A DNA stretch of 64,000 nucleotides, from positions 1-64,000 of the forward strand of contig CAWBBV010000023.1 in the NCBI GenBank assembly GCA_963787125.1, read 5' to 3'. Position 1 is the first letter of the stretch. The number at the start of each line of letters is the position of its first letter. The DNA comes from an uncultured delta proteobacterium. GTDB taxonomy: Bacteria > Desulfobacterota > Desulfuromonadia > Geobacterales > DSM-12255. The notes under the pieces are model-generated. The model worked only from the letters and a program-made list of their open reading frames with translations, was not told where the DNA came from and ran no database searches. Both the position numbers and the translations under genes were made by a program. Below are positions 51,148-60,707 of this stretch, in pieces.

Positions 51148-51232
51148 CAGGCTGAAGACTGAAGGTTGAAGGCTGACGGCTGACGGTGAATCAGCTTTTT
51201 GCCTATACCTTCAGCCTTCTACCTTCAACCTG
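51148..51232. repeat. Heptamer-repeat hairpin (GGCTGAA-like units and complement)
   Basis: GGCTGAA GACTGAA GGTTGAA GGCTGAC followed by CCTTCAG CCTTCTA CCTTCAA CCTG. Confidence 0.75.
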
Positions 51233-51247
51233 ATTTCAGGAGTTCCA

Positions 51248-52114
51248 ATGCGATATCTGTTAGAGCACGAAACAATTCTCGAATATCCGCAAACGGTGCG
51301 CGAGCATCACATTGAATTACGCCTGGCCCCTCGCTCAGACGGGCACCAGCAGGTTATCTCCTGCAGCATCGAAACAGAGCCGGCCGCTGAACTGGCAACC
51401 TATGTTGACTATTTCGGTAACCGGACCGATTATTTCTGTGTCATCCCACCGCACAGCCGGTTGGTAACGCGTCTGCGGAGTGAAGTGGAGACACTTAAGG
51501 AAAACCCCTTCAGCTTTGCCGCAATTGCGCCTGCAGAAGAAGGTGAGTGGCTGCGTAAAGCGATTCGGGCAACCCCCGCAATGAACGATTTTGTTCTGCA
51601 TCGCAGCGTTTTGACCCCTGTTGCCCTGAAACTGGCCGAAGTCATTGAGCATGCGTTGCCGAGGCTGGACAAAGAACGGCCGCTGCTGGACTCACTGCTG
51701 GAGCTGCTGGCCTGGGTACCGACGGTGATGGAGTATCGTACCGGATCCACCGAAGTTCATGGTGCACTGGTGGCAGCAGTGACACAGGGTGGGGGCGTAT
51801 GCCAGGATTTTGCCCATTTATTCATTACAGTCGCCCGCTCCTGGGGCATTCCCGCCCGCTATGTCATGGGGTATCTTGATCCGGGTGTCAGCCAGAACGG
51901 CGAAAAAATGTCCACTCACGCCTGGGCAGAAGCGCTGGTGCCCGGTGCCGGCTGGGTCGGTTTTGATGCGACCCATAATTTGTTGACGAATGATCATTAC
52001 ATCGCCGTTGCCGTTGGCCGGGACTCCTACGATGCCGCACCCCAGCGGGGCAGCTTCAAGGGGGAATCTTCCGGAGCGCAGCCGTCCGTGACGGTAACGA
52101 TGCAGGCACAGTAA
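51248..52114 (+). CDS. Transglutaminase-like protein
   Basis: N-terminal HET..Y/LRLAP/DYFGN domain; triad GVCQDFAH, THAWAE, GFDAT. Confidence 0.92.
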   Translation: MRYLLEHETILEYPQTVREHHIELRLAPRSDGHQQVISCSIETEPAAELATYVDYFGNRTDYFCVIPPHSRLVTRLRSEVETLKENPFSFAAIAPAEEGEWLRKAIRATPAMNDFVLHRSVLTPVALKLAEVIEHALPRLDKERPLLDSLLELLAWVPTVMEYRTGSTEVHGALVAAVTQGGGVCQDFAHLFITVARSWGIPARYVMGYLDPGVSQNGEKMSTHAWAEALVPGAGWVGFDATHNLLTNDHYIAVAVGRDSYDAAPQRGSFKGESSGAQPSVTVTMQAQ

Positions 52115-52117
52115 GGC

Positions 52118-52197
52118 AATTATGAGGGATGAAGTATGAATTATGAAAACATCAATTCTTTATTACCTCATAATTCATCCTTCATAATTCATAAATT
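52118..52197. repeat. Heptamer-repeat hairpin (TTATGAA-like units and complement)
   Basis: TTATGAG GGATGAA GTATGAA TTATGAA then CTCATAA TTCATCC TTCATAA TTCATAA. Confidence 0.75.
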
Positions 52198-52215
52198 TCT
52201 CTTAAAGGGCCAACG

Positions 52216-53190
52216 ATGTCCTCACCACCAACCATGAAAATCGAAACATTTTTTACCATAGATATGCCCTACTGTGAGCGGATGGAGATCCGCCGCACGG
52301 TGTTCAGCGGTGGCGACGGCCCGCGGGTTGCGGTTGTGGCCGGTCTCCATGGCGATGAACTGGAAGGGCTTTATGTCTGTCATCGTCTGGCGGTCTGGCT
52401 TGATGAACTGCAGCGAACTGCTCCCGACAGTCTGCTGGGGAGTGTGGAACTCTACCCGGCGGTCAATACTCTCGGTCTGGACACTTTGACCCGTGGCCTG
52501 CCGGTATTCGACACCGATCTCAACCGGGCTTTCCCTGGTTCAAGCGGCGGGCCGCTGCCGGAACGGCTGGCTGCCGCACTCATGTCAGCACTAACCGGGG
52601 CAGCGCTGGTGGTCGATATCCATGCCAGCAACATCTATCTGCGGGAGATTCCCCAGGTCCGGATCAACCAGGATTTTGATGATCTGCTGGTGCCGATCGC
52701 CCGCCGTATGAACCTGGATCTGATCTGGCTGCATGGCGCAGCCACAGTGCTGGAAACCACGGTGGCCCACAGTCTCAACAGTCGCGCTACCCCCTGTCTG
52801 GTGGTAGAGATGGGGGTAGGGATGCGGATTACCCCGGAATACTGCGACCAGCTGGTGGCCGGTATCCTGACCGTCTGGAAGGATCTGGGGTTGCTGGCAC
52901 CCGATGTGGCCTTGCCGGCAATCACCCACACACCGCTGATCGCCGATGACAGTAATGTTCATTACCTCAATGCCCAGACCTCCGGAATGTTTGTCTCGAC
53001 AACTTCCCACTGGACCGACGTGCGCCGGGGAGAACTGCTCGGAACCATCATTTCGCCGTTTTGTGGTGATGTGCTGTCTGAAGTGCGTTCACCGGTGGAC
53101 GGCATCCTCTTCACCCTGCGGGAATATCCGCTGGTCTACGAGGGCTCGCTGATGGCTCGGGTCATGGCCCGCCCGGGAGGTCGATCATGA
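52216..53190 (+). CDS. M14 succinylglutamate desuccinylase/aspartoacylase-like metallopeptidase
   Basis: GLHGDE, DLNRAFPG, DIH, VVEMG, C-terminal biotinyl-like domain. Confidence 0.88.
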   Translation: MSSPPTMKIETFFTIDMPYCERMEIRRTVFSGGDGPRVAVVAGLHGDELEGLYVCHRLAVWLDELQRTAPDSLLGSVELYPAVNTLGLDTLTRGLPVFDTDLNRAFPGSSGGPLPERLAAALMSALTGAALVVDIHASNIYLREIPQVRINQDFDDLLVPIARRMNLDLIWLHGAATVLETTVAHSLNSRATPCLVVEMGVGMRITPEYCDQLVAGILTVWKDLGLLAPDVALPAITHTPLIADDSNVHYLNAQTSGMFVSTTSHWTDVRRGELLGTIISPFCGDVLSEVRSPVDGILFTLREYPLVYEGSLMARVMARPGGRS

Positions 53191-54131
53191 AGCGTAACCT
53201 GCTCTGCATGACTGCCCCGGTGCGCGAGGGCTTCGACATCCCCTGCCACGAGATCGGTCCGAAATCAGCTCACCCGGCGGTTGCCATGGTGGCCGGGCTC
53301 CATGGTGACGAGATCAACGGCGTCTTTATCCTGTCGCGCCTGGCAGACTTCCTCAACGGTGTAGAGGCTGGTAAATATCCCGAGCTGCAGCTGGCCAAAC
53401 GGGTGCTGATCATCCCGGCCGTCAATGTGCTGGGGGTCAATCTGCGTACCCGTACCTGGCCTTTTGACAAATCCGACATCAACCGGATGTTCCCCGGCAG
53501 CACCGGCGGGGAAACGACCCAGCGCATCGCCTATGCACTGCTAGAGGCGACCAAGCGGGCTGATTACCGCATCGATATCCACACTGCCAGTGCCGATTTC
53601 GAGGAGATCCCTCAGGTGCGCCTGCACGGTCCGAGTGCTGCCGAGCGGGAAACCGCCCGGCTGTTCGGCTTGTCAGCTATTATGGAACGCTCGCTTTCTC
53701 CGGTCTTCACCACCACCATGATGGCTTCCTGGAAAGTCTGGCCCGGCGAGAGTTTTGTCCTGCGGGTAGGGCAGGCCGGCACCGTCCAGCTTGATCATTG
53801 TCAGCGGGTCTTCCGGGCACTGGTCTCGTTTCTTGGCAGGGTCGGCGTTCTGCAAGGGGTGCAGATCGAAGTGGAGGACGAGGAAATCTGCTGTTTTGAC
53901 AAGGCAAGCGCTTTCCGTGTTTACGCCGAAAAAGCCGGCACTTTTGTTTCCGACCGTCAGGTGGGGCGCTGGGTGCGGGCCGGACAGGAGTTGGGCTACA
54001 TCTATGACAGCTTCAGTGGCAATATCATCGAGAAAGTTGTCTCGCCTGTGCCAGGCTTGCTAACGGGCATTCGCCGCCATCCACTGCTTTTTGAAGGGGA
54101 CCTTATCGTGCGGGTCAACCGGAAGAGTTGA
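53187..54131 (+). CDS. Second M14 ASTE/ASPA-like protein
   Basis: GLHGDE, DINRMFPG, DIH; ATGA overlap with first M14 gene. Confidence 0.86.
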   Translation: MKRNLLCMTAPVREGFDIPCHEIGPKSAHPAVAMVAGLHGDEINGVFILSRLADFLNGVEAGKYPELQLAKRVLIIPAVNVLGVNLRTRTWPFDKSDINRMFPGSTGGETTQRIAYALLEATKRADYRIDIHTASADFEEIPQVRLHGPSAAERETARLFGLSAIMERSLSPVFTTTMMASWKVWPGESFVLRVGQAGTVQLDHCQRVFRALVSFLGRVGVLQGVQIEVEDEEICCFDKASAFRVYAEKAGTFVSDRQVGRWVRAGQELGYIYDSFSGNIIEKVVSPVPGLLTGIRRHPLLFEGDLIVRVNRKS

Positions 54132-54159
54132 GTTTTCAAACAGGACTGTGAGAGTAAAC

Positions 54160-54843
54160 ATGCTGCATATCATTCAGAATGATCCTGAAGTACCCCCCGG
54201 ATCCATTGCCGATTTTCTTACTGTTCCTTATCTTGTTCATCACCCGTATCGTGACGGTCTGCTCCCGCAGCTGAAGGACGTTTCAGCGCTTATCGTCCTC
54301 GGCGGCGCCATGGGGGCAAATGATGACAGCAAACACCCCTTCCTGATCGATCTGAAGGAACTCATCTGCCAGGTTGTGGCCGCCGGCATCCCCTATCTCG
54401 GGGTCTGTCTTGGCGGACAGCTGCTGGCAGCGGCTCTCGGGGCGAAAGTTGTGTCGAATCGCTGGGAAGAGATCGGCCATTTCAGCGCTTCCTTGACGGA
54501 AGAGGGGAAAAGGGATCAGCTCTTTAAAGGAATTCTGCCGGAGTTTCTGACCTTCCAGTGGCACCACGACAGCTTTGACATCCCGGTGGGCGGGGTATTG
54601 CTGGCTTCTTCAGCCGCCTGTCCCCATCAGGCGTTCCTGGTGGGAGACACTGCCTGGGGGGTGCAGTTTCATCCAGAGGTGACGGAAGAGATTATCCGCT
54701 GCTGGTCTGCCTGGGGCAGGTCCACCTCAGGCAGAGTTGAAGATTTAGTGGCGGGATTCAGGGCAGGGGCGGAAAGTTACCGGGTAATTGTCAGTCTGTT
54801 ACTGCAGAATTTTCTGTTGGCGGCAAAGCTGCTGCCGATCTAG
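54160..54843 (+). CDS. Type 1 glutamine amidotransferase
   Basis: LGGAMG, GVCLGGQ, QWHHDSF, QFHPE. Confidence 0.88.
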   Translation: MLHIIQNDPEVPPGSIADFLTVPYLVHHPYRDGLLPQLKDVSALIVLGGAMGANDDSKHPFLIDLKELICQVVAAGIPYLGVCLGGQLLAAALGAKVVSNRWEEIGHFSASLTEEGKRDQLFKGILPEFLTFQWHHDSFDIPVGGVLLASSAACPHQAFLVGDTAWGVQFHPEVTEEIIRCWSAWGRSTSGRVEDLVAGFRAGAESYRVIVSLLLQNFLLAAKLLPI

Positions 54844-54889
54844 TCCTGAAACACGATACTTCCTTTTCTCCGGGCAGATATTTTTTGTG

Positions 54890-54926
54890 TTGACTGACAG
54901 CACAAAAAACATGATACTTCTTGTGC
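54890..54926 (+). promoter_or_regulatory. vapBC promoter with operator palindrome
   Basis: TTGACT, 17 nt, GATACT, overlapped by GCACAA-N15-TTGTGC. Confidence 0.55.
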
Positions 54927-54950
54927 AATTATCTTATGGAGGTAGATAAT

Positions 54951-55160
54951 ATGGTACGTGCAACCGTAACCCTTCCCCAGGATCTGCTGACCGAACTTAT
55001 GGCTCTGGTTGGCGCTAAAAGCAAGACTGAAGCTGTTATCACCGCAGTAAAGGATGAAATCCGACTGCGAAAGGCCGCCCGCATCAAAGCTATGGCCGGA
55101 GTCATGGATTTCACCATGACGGCTGCAGAACTTCGCCATGGGGACCAGCGCCTTGGCTAG
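54951..55160 (+). CDS. vapB: VapB-type antitoxin
   Basis: 69 aa RHH-like MVRATVTLPQDLL..KSKTEAVITAV; overlaps downstream PIN gene. Confidence 0.78.
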   Translation: MVRATVTLPQDLLTELMALVGAKSKTEAVITAVKDEIRLRKAARIKAMAGVMDFTMTAAELRHGDQRLG

Positions 55161-55548
55161 AGTGTTGGTGGACACATCGGTCTGGATCGAGTTCTTTCGC
55201 AAGCACGAACCGTATCACGGTATCGTCACGCGGCTGATAGACGAAGAGCAGGTTGTCTGCTGCGGCATTATCCTGGCGGAATTGATGCAGGGGGCAAAAT
55301 CAGACAAAGAACTGGCAGTGTTGGCTGACTTCCTCCAGGTTTTCACGTTTATCCCCGAAACAGCTGAACTGTGGGTAGCCGCCGGGAAGTTGTCATTTCA
55401 GCTACGCCGCAAAGGGATAACCATCGGCCTCTCCGATTGCTATATCGCCGTTGCTGCCGCCTCTGCCCGTCTCCAGGTGGCAACCCTGGACAGTCATTTT
55501 GAGGCGCTCTGCAAACCTGCCAGGATCACTCTTTATCAGTTTTCGTAG
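55153..55548 (+). CDS. vapC: VapC PIN-domain toxin
   Basis: VLVDTSVWI, ELMQG, SDCYIA, TLDSHF; start TTG 55153 or ATG 55138. Confidence 0.9.
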   Translation: MARVLVDTSVWIEFFRKHEPYHGIVTRLIDEEQVVCCGIILAELMQGAKSDKELAVLADFLQVFTFIPETAELWVAAGKLSFQLRRKGITIGLSDCYIAVAAASARLQVATLDSHFEALCKPARITLYQFS

Positions 55549-55662
55549 CTGGTGTCAGGTAAACGCTCCCCAAGTGTAGAGTTGCTGCTGAAATTCTCCA
55601 GAGCTCTTGATTGCGATATGGATGATTTGATCAAAGATGTTGATAGTCAAGACTACCATTAA
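55549..55662 (+). pseudogene. XRE/HTH C-terminal remnant
   Basis: Translates LVSGKRSPSVELLLKFSRALDCDMDDLI, like XRE helices 3-5; N-terminal helices absent. Confidence 0.45.
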
Positions 55663-55729
55663 AGTTGAGGTGAACGTACCGGAGGATTTTGCCCGGTTGT
55701 AGCAACTGGCTGCTTTTCAAGAAAGGATC

Positions 55730-55769
55730 AGACCTCGGAGGGTTTAAAAGCCTTCGAGGTCTTTTTTTT
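55730..55769 (+). terminator. Hairpin with T8 tail
   Basis: AGACCTCGGAGG-GTTTAAAAG-CCTTCGAGGTCT then T run. Confidence 0.55.
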
Positions 55770-55774
55770 ATCCA

Positions 55775-55846
55775 TCACAAGGCGAACATTCCCGCTGTAA
55801 CTTCCCGTGCCTGGCCAAGCGCAGCAAGAGTTTGCAGTAGTTCGGC
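55775..55846 (-). pseudogene. Remnant 3' end of a paralogous MmeI-like R-M gene
   Basis: Encodes [23 protein letters not shown] versus [23 protein letters not shown] at 56737-56808. Confidence 0.8.
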
Positions 55847-56060
55847 ATTTACCGGTCAGAGTGCGCTTCTCGTGAAGGCATTATCACCTGTTCGACACGC
55901 ATGGTTTGGGTTTGCACTCTTTCCTTCTTCCACCATTTCGATGAGTCAGTCTCAAATTGATTTCGTGGATCTCTAAAACCGCCCTGCATGTGGCAGGACG
56001 GATGTTCAGGAACGCTTTGCAATATGATGAGGCGATAGGTCCCGGAAAGAGAGGGTAAGG

Positions 56061-56348
56061 TCAGACCCGCTTGCGGGCGGTCCGGTACACTTCATCATTG
56101 CGGCGTGGACCAACTGCCACAATCAAAACCTCGATAAACTCGGCATTAACGCGGTATACAATACGGACATCACCGGTTCGGATGCGGCGGCAGCCTGCCA
56201 GTTCTCCTGCAAGCGGTTTACCGGTTTTTTCCGGCTCGCCATCGCGAATACGGGTTTCAATCGTTTTGAGTACCGCCCGCGCCTGGTATTTCCCCAGGTC
56301 ATCCAGGTCATCCGCAACCTCGTGGTGATAGATTACCCGCCAGGTCAC
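56061..56348 (-). CDS. RelE/ParE family toxin
   Basis: WRVIY, GKPLAGELAGCRRIRTGDVRIVY, VAVGPRR..VY. Confidence 0.87.
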   Translation of the reverse strand: MTWRVIYHHEVADDLDDLGKYQARAVLKTIETRIRDGEPEKTGKPLAGELAGCRRIRTGDVRIVYRVNAEFIEVLIVAVGPRRNDEVYRTARKRV

Positions 56349-56641
56349 GCTTCATCCTCATCGGCAAACCTTTTCAGCATATCTTCGTGGCTGATGGCCC
56401 TGGAACGATCGTAACTCTGGAGCCGTTCTCTTGCTGTCAGTTGGATATGCAGATCGTCCAGTTCGTCCATCATGGCCTCGTAGATGGAGACCGGCATCAT
56501 CACCGCTGCCGGGGCGTTGTTGCGCATTACCACGTATTTTTCCTGCTTGCCGCTGCAGAGACGATCAAAAATGGTCTTGGCGGAACGGGAAACTTCGGTA
56601 ACTGAAACAGCCTGGTCGGAGCGTTCAAGCAGTGAGCGCAT
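56345..56641 (-). CDS. Phd/YefM family antitoxin
   Basis: VSVTEV, VVMRNNAPAAVMMPVSIYE; GTGA overlap with toxin. Confidence 0.85.
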   Translation of the reverse strand: MRSLLERSDQAVSVTEVSRSAKTIFDRLCSGKQEKYVVMRNNAPAAVMMPVSIYEAMMDELDDLHIQLTARERLQSYDRSRAISHEDMLKRFADEDEA

Positions 56642-56668
56642 ATCGTTACCTCCTGATACATCTAATTA

Positions 56669-56704
56669 TATGATAATAGTATGATAATAATTTGCTCTAG
56701 TCAA
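56669..56704 (-). promoter_or_regulatory. phd-relE promoter with tandem operator repeats
   Basis: Minus strand TTGACT, 17 nt, TACTAT; TATGATAATA repeated at 56669 and 56680. Confidence 0.55.
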
Positions 56705-56736
56705 AAACTATATTCACCTGGTTAGGAGTCTGGCAC

Positions 56737-59700
56737 CTACAACGCAAACTTCCCTGCTTCCACTTCCCGCGCCTGGCCAAGCGCAGCAAGGGTTTGCAGC
56801 AGTTCGGCGACCTTATCGGTCCGGGCGCGCTGAAAGGCTCGTGCCAGCGATTCCGCTGTCTGCGGGGCTTCAGCGGCGATGAGCGCGGCGCGGACGGCCT
56901 GCACCTGCTCCGGCAGGGTTTTGGGCCAGAGGGGTTTGGAGTTTCCCCCCTCACCCCGGCCCTCTCCCAGAGGGAGAGGGAGCAAGCCTTGATATCCCTC
57001 GCCCCCTGGGAGAGGGTGGCCGCAGGCCGGGTGAGGGAGGGTGTCTGGTTTTTGATACTCCGGCCTGAGCCAGCGGATAAACCCTTCCGCTTCTTCTTTT
57101 GCCCGTTCAGCGTTGAGAGCGACCAGTTTTTCCAGAATCTCCTCGTCGGTCAGATCCACCGGCCAGCCGTAGGCTTCAGCAACAGCGGTGTCCAGTTCGT
57201 CATGGAGCTGCTTGAGTACGGACACCAGCCCCTGTTCGTGAATGGTTTTTTCTTTGGTGGTCAGTGGCTCGGCACTGCGCAGCTTCTCCAGCACGTTATA
57301 CATGCCGGTCAGGGTCAGCTCGGGGAAAAGCCCCTGCTGCCGCTTTCTATGGGCGTCCAGCTCTTCGGCGAGGGTGCGGATTTTCTGTCTTTGGGCGTCG
57401 TTGGCAGTGGGGAAGGGGAACTTATTGAAGCAGTCGGTATGGTTATATGTCGAGTCATTGCCGACGCCCAACCAACCACCTGTTGCCATTGACCAAACGA
57501 TATGTAGTTTTGACGTCAGGACTCCAAGCACAAATGGATCACTGCTTGCGATAACAACTATCTTGCTTTCGGCAATGAGGTTAGCAGGCAGAAAATGGAA
57601 GATTCGGAATTTGGCAGTCCTTGTTGTGCCAATAAACCGATCTAATCCAAACAGTGCTTTTCGAAGAGCTTCACTAGACCTTCTAAAAAGCCACCATTTA
57701 GTTGCAGTCCTTTGTTCTCTGTTTACTCCTCTTTCTGGAAGGACGTTATCTATAACGTGCTGCAAAAGAATTGGGTAACATCTCGATTCATCGAGAGATT
57801 TACCGAAAAAATCAATCACATAACGTTCGCAACAGCCTTTGACTAGGTCGCTTCCATTCATGTAAGGTTTTAAAATCTGCCCAAGAGTGTCATCTGCAAT
57901 AAGCCGATTTTGAGCTTCTGATGCTGAAATCAGAAATCCTTGGCTTCCCAACTCAAAACCTTTAATTGCAAGGTCTGAATTTGATTTTAATGGTGATGTC
58001 CCAATTAAATTAGCTCCAACCGTCAAATCAGCATGGATCATCCCCCGCCGGTTCGCCAGCTCAACCTCAACCCCTTCACCACTCCCTTCCCGCTCAGCAA
58101 CAACCGTAGCCAATATCCCGTCAACCCCCTCTGCACCCGGTTTGCCGACCGTCATGGCGATTCTGACCGCAGCGCCGTCAGCTGAGTCAACCCACGGATG
58201 GTCAGGGATGGCAAAGGCCAGTGACAGCGGCGGCGCAGCTGCCAGCTGCTGCTGAATCACCCGCCGGTTGAAGGTCTGGGTGATGGAGTTGGTGGTGATG
58301 AAACCAAAACGCTGTAGCTTCCCTTTTCTGGTCAATTCGGCAGCCTGCTGCCACCAGAACATGACGAAGTCGGCGGAGTCGGGCACCTCCTGCCACGCAC
58401 TGCGAAGCGCCTCCACATAGCCGTCGCCAAGGGCGCGGCGCATGGTGGCTGCGCCGATAAACGGGGGATTGCCCACCACGTAATCAGCCTCCGGCCATTC
58501 GGCCCGGCGCGGGTTGATATAGCGAAGAACGCCTGTTTGAGAGGCTTCATCGGGAACCTGTTCGCCGGTAACCGGATGGGTCTTGAAGGTACGGCCATCC
58601 CAGCGGCTAACCGGCTGGCCATCGGCAGCCAGCAGCGGCTCGCACCGGTCACTGGCAAGCACCGCATCACGGCACTCTATGTTGCGAAAGCGCTTGATGA
58701 CCGGCTCCGGCGGCATGATTTCGCCACGGGTGCGGAAGTGCCACTGGAGATAGCCGATCCAGAGCACCATGTCGGTAATGGCGGCGGCTCGCGGGTTTAT
58801 TTCGATGCCGAGGAGCTGATGCGGATCGACAGTCAATCCGGCCAGCTCAAGACTTGACTGTTCTTCGCCGAAGCCTTCCAGGGCGTTGAGAACCTCACCT
58901 TCCAGCCTTTTGAGATGTTCAAAGGTGACATAGAGAAAGTTGCCGCTGCCGCAGGCCGGGTCGAGAATTCTGATGGTGCAGAGTTTATGGTGAAACTCTT
59001 TGACGAGCTGAATCGCGCCGGCGCTGCTGCCCTGCCTAGCCAGGATGAACGCGGCGGCAAGCACCGCCTCCCACTCATTTCTAAGCGGCTCGATGACCGT
59101 CGGCATGACCAGCCGCTCCACGTATTCACGGGGGGTGTAGTGAGCGCCCAGGTTGTGGCGTTCATGGGGGTCAAGGGCCCGCTCCAGCAGCGTGCCGAAG
59201 ATGGCGGGCTCAACGTCGCGCCAGTCGGCCTTTGAGGCCTGAAGCAGCAGGGCAAGCTGCTCTTCGCCCACGGGGAGCGCTTCTGCTTCCGCGAAGAGAC
59301 CACCATTGAAACGAAGGATCTTTTCCCGGAGAATTGGCGAGAAACCGCCGTCTTTCATGGTGAGCCAGAGCGATTCCATCATCGGGGCGAATTTGTCGGC
59401 AGAGCCTTTGAGGCTGGAGAGCAGCTCGGTGAAGCAGTTGTGCGGCAGTAGGCCCACATCTTCGGCAAACATGGTGAAGAGGCAGCGTTTGAGGAAGTTG
59501 CCGACTGTTTCCGGGCTATGGCCACTGCTTTCAAACGACTTGGCCAGGAGAGCCAGCCGGTCGGCAATCTGCCGGGTGACACGGGCGCTCTGGCGGGTCG
59601 GGTCGAGGGCAAGCGGTTCGCTCCAGACCCGGCGCAGCCGCTCTCTGACTGCTTCGTCAAGCAGATCGGCCAGGGCGATGCGGTGGGAACGGGGATCAGG

Positions 59701-60228
59701 GAAGGGGAGATAGCTTTTGCCGCTACAGGAGAATTCGCTGTACAGCTCGATAGCATGACCGACATCAACAATCACCAGAAACGGCGGCCACCCCTCGTGG
59801 GCAGGGAGGGCGCGGGCGTACTGCTCGGCCTGCCCCTTGGCCTTGAGCATGGCGATGTCCCAACCGGGAGTGCCGCGAACGGCGGTGCCGCGTTTGCCGG
59901 CTGACCAGCGAACGCCGTCTTCCTTGACAGCAAGTGGCGATTCGCCTGTCTTGTCGCTCCCCTGCTTGGCTTCGCAGACGAAGTGCCTCTGCTTGTACAG
60001 GTCGATTCGGCCGCTGCTGGTGCTGCCGTCGCCGTGGCGGAAGGTGACGCTCCGTTCGAAAACGTAGGCGTTGTCCTTGTCGTCAGGTTTTGTCGGCGTC
60101 GGCCTTTCCACCCCCAAAAGATCGCAGAGTTCTGAAAGAAATAACTGATAGTTGGCCCGTTCGACAGCGCCGGAAACCTCCCAGCGGCGGATGAAATCGG
60201 TGATTTTGGCGGCAGCTGTTTCGGGCAT
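56737..60228 (-). CDS. MmeI-like (type IIL/IIG) fused restriction endonuclease-N6-adenine methyltransferase
   Basis: RIDLYK..CEAKQ nuclease motif, FNGGLF, GAHYTP, motif [12 protein letters not shown], motif IV GNPPF, TRD, C-terminal AYGWP. Confidence 0.9.
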   Translation of the reverse strand: MPETAAAKITDFIRRWEVSGAVERANYQLFLSELCDLLGVERPTPTKPDDKDNAYVFERSVTFRHGDGSTSSGRIDLYKQRHFVCEAKQGSDKTGESPLAVKEDGVRWSAGKRGTAVRGTPGWDIAMLKAKGQAEQYARALPAHEGWPPFLVIVDVGHAIELYSEFSCSGKSYLPFPDPRSHRIALADLLDEAVRERLRRVWSEPLALDPTRQSARVTRQIADRLALLAKSFESSGHSPETVGNFLKRCLFTMFAEDVGLLPHNCFTELLSSLKGSADKFAPMMESLWLTMKDGGFSPILREKILRFNGGLFAEAEALPVGEEQLALLLQASKADWRDVEPAIFGTLLERALDPHERHNLGAHYTPREYVERLVMPTVIEPLRNEWEAVLAAAFILARQGSSAGAIQLVKEFHHKLCTIRILDPACGSGNFLYVTFEHLKRLEGEVLNALEGFGEEQSSLELAGLTVDPHQLLGIEINPRAAAITDMVLWIGYLQWHFRTRGEIMPPEPVIKRFRNIECRDAVLASDRCEPLLAADGQPVSRWDGRTFKTHPVTGEQVPDEASQTGVLRYINPRRAEWPEADYVVGNPPFIGAATMRRALGDGYVEALRSAWQEVPDSADFVMFWWQQAAELTRKGKLQRFGFITTNSITQTFNRRVIQQQLAAAPPLSLAFAIPDHPWVDSADGAAVRIAMTVGKPGAEGVDGILATVVAEREGSGEGVEVELANRRGMIHADLTVGANLIGTSPLKSNSDLAIKGFELGSQGFLISASEAQNRLIADDTLGQILKPYMNGSDLVKGCCERYVIDFFGKSLDESRCYPILLQHVIDNVLPERGVNREQRTATKWWLFRRSSEALRKALFGLDRFIGTTRTAKFRIFHFLPANLIAESKIVVIASSDPFVLGVLTSKLHIVWSMATGGWLGVGNDSTYNHTDCFNKFPFPTANDAQRQKIRTLAEELDAHRKRQQGLFPELTLTGMYNVLEKLRSAEPLTTKEKTIHEQGLVSVLKQLHDELDTAVAEAYGWPVDLTDEEILEKLVALNAERAKEEAEGFIRWLRPEYQKPDTLPHPACGHPLPGGEGYQGLLPLPLGEGRGEGGNSKPLWPKTLPEQVQAVRAALIAAEAPQTAESLARAFQRARTDKVAELLQTLAALGQAREVEAGKFAL
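56945..57037. repeat. CCCTCTCCC/GGGAGAGGG palindromic element inserted in frame
   Basis: CCCTCACCCCGGCCCTCTCCCAGAGGGAGAGGG and inverted CCCTCGCCCCCTGGGAGAGGGTGGCCGCAGGCCGGGTGAGGG; translates [25 protein letters not shown]. Confidence 0.75.
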
Positions 60229-60398
60229 GGCATCTCCGGGAGCATATGAAAAACTGTCTGCGGGAGATTACACTGTTTTAAGGGTGTTGTCGAGGAGAGG
60301 TGGCGCCAGACCTTCAGAGCAGATAACGACAAAAAAGAGAGTAAAGCTGTCCCGCCGGATGCAGCGTGGTTCTACAGGCTATTTAGAGAATCATGTAG

Positions 60399-60707
60399 TT
60401 ACGGGGTTTTCTCCGTGCAGCCACAGGTTCCGCAGCTGCAGATCCTCAAACCGCAGACCTGGCAGGCCGGATTCATCGGGTCGCGCCCGTCCACTGTTTT
60501 GCCGCAGGCTGGGCACTCATAGCGATACCAGCTGAAGCCGCAGTTGCGGCAGGTAAGCATACCCGTTTCGCCAGCCTTCGGAACGATGTGGACCGAGCCG
60601 CAGATCAGGCAGATGGAGGCCATCTCAGCGCTGTTTCTGATGCCGTCACGGTGTTTGCGGTAGTGATCGAAAAGTTTCTTTGCGGTATCCTTGTCGAGTG
60701 GTTCCAT
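60399..60707 (-). CDS. Small Cys-rich (multiple CxxC) zinc-ribbon protein
   Basis: AGGAG RBS before ATG 60707; CLIC, CRNC, CPAC, CQVC, CSCGTCGC. Confidence 0.7.
   Translation of the reverse strand: MEPLDKDTAKKLFDHYRKHRDGIRNSAEMASICLICGSVHIVPKAGETGMLTCRNCGFSWYRYECPACGKTVDGRDPMNPACQVCGLRICSCGTCGCTEKTP

Noticed and set aside
51148..52197. Short repeats as CRISPR array
   Set aside because: 7-nt units without spacers; no cas genes; no repeat-spacer array seen anywhere in the window
54890..60228. Defence islet as an integrative mobile element
   Set aside because: No integrase, transposase, tRNA or terminal att repeats recognised
60399..60707. Cys-rich protein as a c-type cytochrome
   Set aside because: No CxxCH motif and no signal peptide
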